Below are positions 15,248 through 16,877 of a stretch of DNA of 16,877 nucleotides, one piece after another. The DNA is from a virus (lineage: Duplodnaviria > Heunggongvirae > Uroviricota > Caudoviricetes), in the IMG/VR virus record IMGVR_UViG_2531839147_000004. One strand, 5' to 3'. The notes under the pieces are model-generated. The model worked only from the letters and a program-made list of their open reading frames with translations. It had not been told where the DNA came from and did not search any database. Position numbers and translations under genes: made by a program. Within the stretch, counting starts at the first letter, position 1. The number at the start of each line of letters is the position of its first letter.

Positions 15248-16877
15248 TGCCTCCATCATTACGAAAAGTCGTTGCTGCTGCTATTGGTGGCGGAGCAATT
15301 GCTATAGCATCAGTGTTAATCACTGGCCCAAGTGGTAACGATGGTCTGGAAGGTGTCAGCTACATACCATACAAAGATATTGTTGGTGTATGGACTGTAT
15401 GTCACGGGCATAACGGGAAATACACCGCACAGGATGCAACGACAGCACAGAAAGGGATAATCCAGCTAAGCAGCGCGACCAACAGCACGTCTGAAACGCT
15501 GGCGGCAACGCCAAAGGCAGTAAAATCAGCCTATGACAATGCAGAGAAACGTCTGCAGAAAGACCAGAACGGCGCTGATATACCCGATAAGGGACGCTTC
15601 CTGAACAACATTAACGCGGTCAGTAAAACAGACTTTGCTGATAAGCGTGGTATGCGTTATGTGCGGGTTAACGCTCCTGCAGGTGCAACATCTGGAAAAT
15701 ATTACCCTGTTGTTGTTATGCGTTCTGCTGGCTCAGTAAGCGAACTGGCATCAAGGGTCATTATCACCACGGCAACGCGAACCGCAGGCGATCCGATGAA
15801 TAACTGCGAGTTTAACGGATTTGTTATGCCTGGTGGCTGGACTGACAGGGGGCGTTATGCTTATGGAATGTTCTGGCAATATCAAAACAATGAACGAGCC
15901 ATCCACTCAATAATGATGAGTAATAAGGGCGATGATTTGCGCTCTGTGTTCTATGTTGATGGCGCTGCTTTCCCTGTTTTTGCGTTTATCGAAGATGGCC
16001 TGTCAATATCCGCACCTGGTGCTGATCTCGTTGTTAATGATACGACCTATAAGTTTGGGGCAACAAATCCAGCGACTGAATGTATCGCGGCGGACGTTAT
16101 CCTTGATTTTAAGAGTGGGCGTGGTTTTTATGAGTCTCATTCGTTAATCGTTAACGATAACTTGTCGTGCAAAAAACTTTTTGCCACAGACGAAATTGTA
16201 GCGCGTGGTGGTAATCAGATTCGAATGATAGGTGGGGAGTATGGGGCATTATGGCGTAATGATGGCGCTAAAACTTACCTGCTGCTTACCAATCAAGGTG
16301 ATGTTTATGGTGGATGGAATACATTAAGACCGTTTGCTATTGATAACGCAACCGGCGAACTGGTTATTGGAACCAAGCTGTCTGCAAGTCTGAACGGTAA
16401 CGCATTGACAGCAACAAAGCTGCAAACGCCAAGACTGGTTTCTGGGGTTGAGTTTGATGGTTCAAAAGATATTACTTTAACCGCCGCGCATGTGGCTGCT
16501 TTTGCCAGAAGGGCAACGGATACATATGCCGATGCGGATGGTGGCGTTCCCTGGAATGCCGAATCAGGCGCTTACAATGTCACCCGCTCTGGCGACAGCT
16601 ATATTCTGGTTAACTTCTATACCGGAGTCGGAAGTTGCCGGACCCTGCAGATGAAGGCGCATTACAGAAATGGTGGTCTGTTCTACCGTTCTTCAAGAGA
16701 CGGTTATGGTTTTGAGGAAGACTGGGCAGAAGTTTATACCTCGAAAAATCTTCCACCAGAAAGCTACCCAGTCGGCGCACCAATCCCGTGGCCATCAGAT
16801 ACCGTTCCGTCTGGTTATGCCCTGATGCAGGGGCAGACTTTTGACAAATCTGCTTACCCGAAACTTGCAGCCGCTTA
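15247..16877 (+). CDS. Chimeric ORF: SAR-endolysin N-terminus (phage 21 R-like, ~54 codons) fused in frame to lambdoid side-tail-fibre sequence; 3' end beyond the window
   Basis: Begins [55 protein letters not shown] (SAR helix plus start of lysozyme domain), then continues [15 protein letters not shown]... through ...[29 protein letters not shown], typical of Stf-type fibres. I translated the frame by hand and found no stop to the window end. Not in the ORF track because it is open-ended. Confidence 0.7.
   Translation, partial: MPPSLRKVVAAAIGGGAIAIASVLITGPSGNDGLEGVSYIPYKDIVGVWTVCHGHNGKYTAQDATTAQKGIIQLSSATNSTSETLAATPKAVKSAYDNAEKRLQKDQNGADIPDKGRFLNNINAVSKTDFADKRGMRYVRVNAPAGATSGKYYPVVVMRSAGSVSELASRVIITTATRTAGDPMNNCEFNGFVMPGGWTDRGRYAYGMFWQYQNNERAIHSIMMSNKGDDLRSVFYVDGAAFPVFAFIEDGLSISAPGADLVVNDTTYKFGATNPATECIAADVILDFKSGRGFYESHSLIVNDNLSCKKLFATDEIVARGGNQIRMIGGEYGALWRNDGAKTYLLLTNQGDVYGGWNTLRPFAIDNATGELVIGTKLSASLNGNALTATKLQTPRLVSGVEFDGSKDITLTAAHVAAFARRATDTYADADGGVPWNAESGAYNVTRSGDSYILVNFYTGVGSCRTLQMKAHYRNGGLFYRSSRDGYGFEEDWAEVYTSKNLPPESYPVGAPIPWPSDTVPSGYALMQGQTFDKSAYPKLAAA

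Noticed and set aside
15932-16795. ORFs 15932..16147 (+) and 16610..16795 (-)
   Set aside because: Lie inside the open tail-fibre reading frame, whose translation carries characteristic fibre motifs.
1-16877. Integrase, attachment sites or IS transposase that would delimit the element
   Set aside because: None recognised by eye in this window; element boundaries cannot be defined from it.

Overview
This window looks like a mosaic, probably defective lambdoid prophage (Rac / phage-21-like modules) interrupted by about 8.4 kb of transporter and metabolic cargo. All family assignments below come from reading motifs by eye; no database search or structure prediction was run.

Left end (1-2.9 kb): a RacR/DicA-type HTH repressor on the minus strand, divergent from a Cro/YdaS-like and YdaT-like gene pair, then a replication-initiator gene carrying nine phased GTCAC iterons and an AT-rich tandem repeat, then a small GTG-initiated gene.

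Middle (2.9-11.3 kb): a BetT-like BCCT transporter with its own terminator; a DUF2254-like membrane protein with an apparent N-terminal frameshift; a minus-strand MFS transporter / ChaC-like gamma-glutamylcyclotransferase / LysR operon with overlapping stop and start codons; and a YeaR (DUF1971)-like gene whose promoter carries an NsrR-type palindrome. Three copies of a GTCYGC-N12-GCRGAC dyad sit in the intergenic regions of this block.

Right end (11.3-16.9 kb): three translationally coupled nin/Q-region genes, an AT-rich spacer with terminators, two tandem paralogous lipoproteins, an S21-type pinholin, and an ORF that starts as an SAR endolysin but switches in frame into side-tail-fibre sequence and runs off the window.

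The most unusual element is the lipoprotein pair: both C-termini resemble TolA domain III, and I know of no described prophage system of this kind. No integrase, tRNA, rRNA, CRISPR array or IS transposase was recognised.
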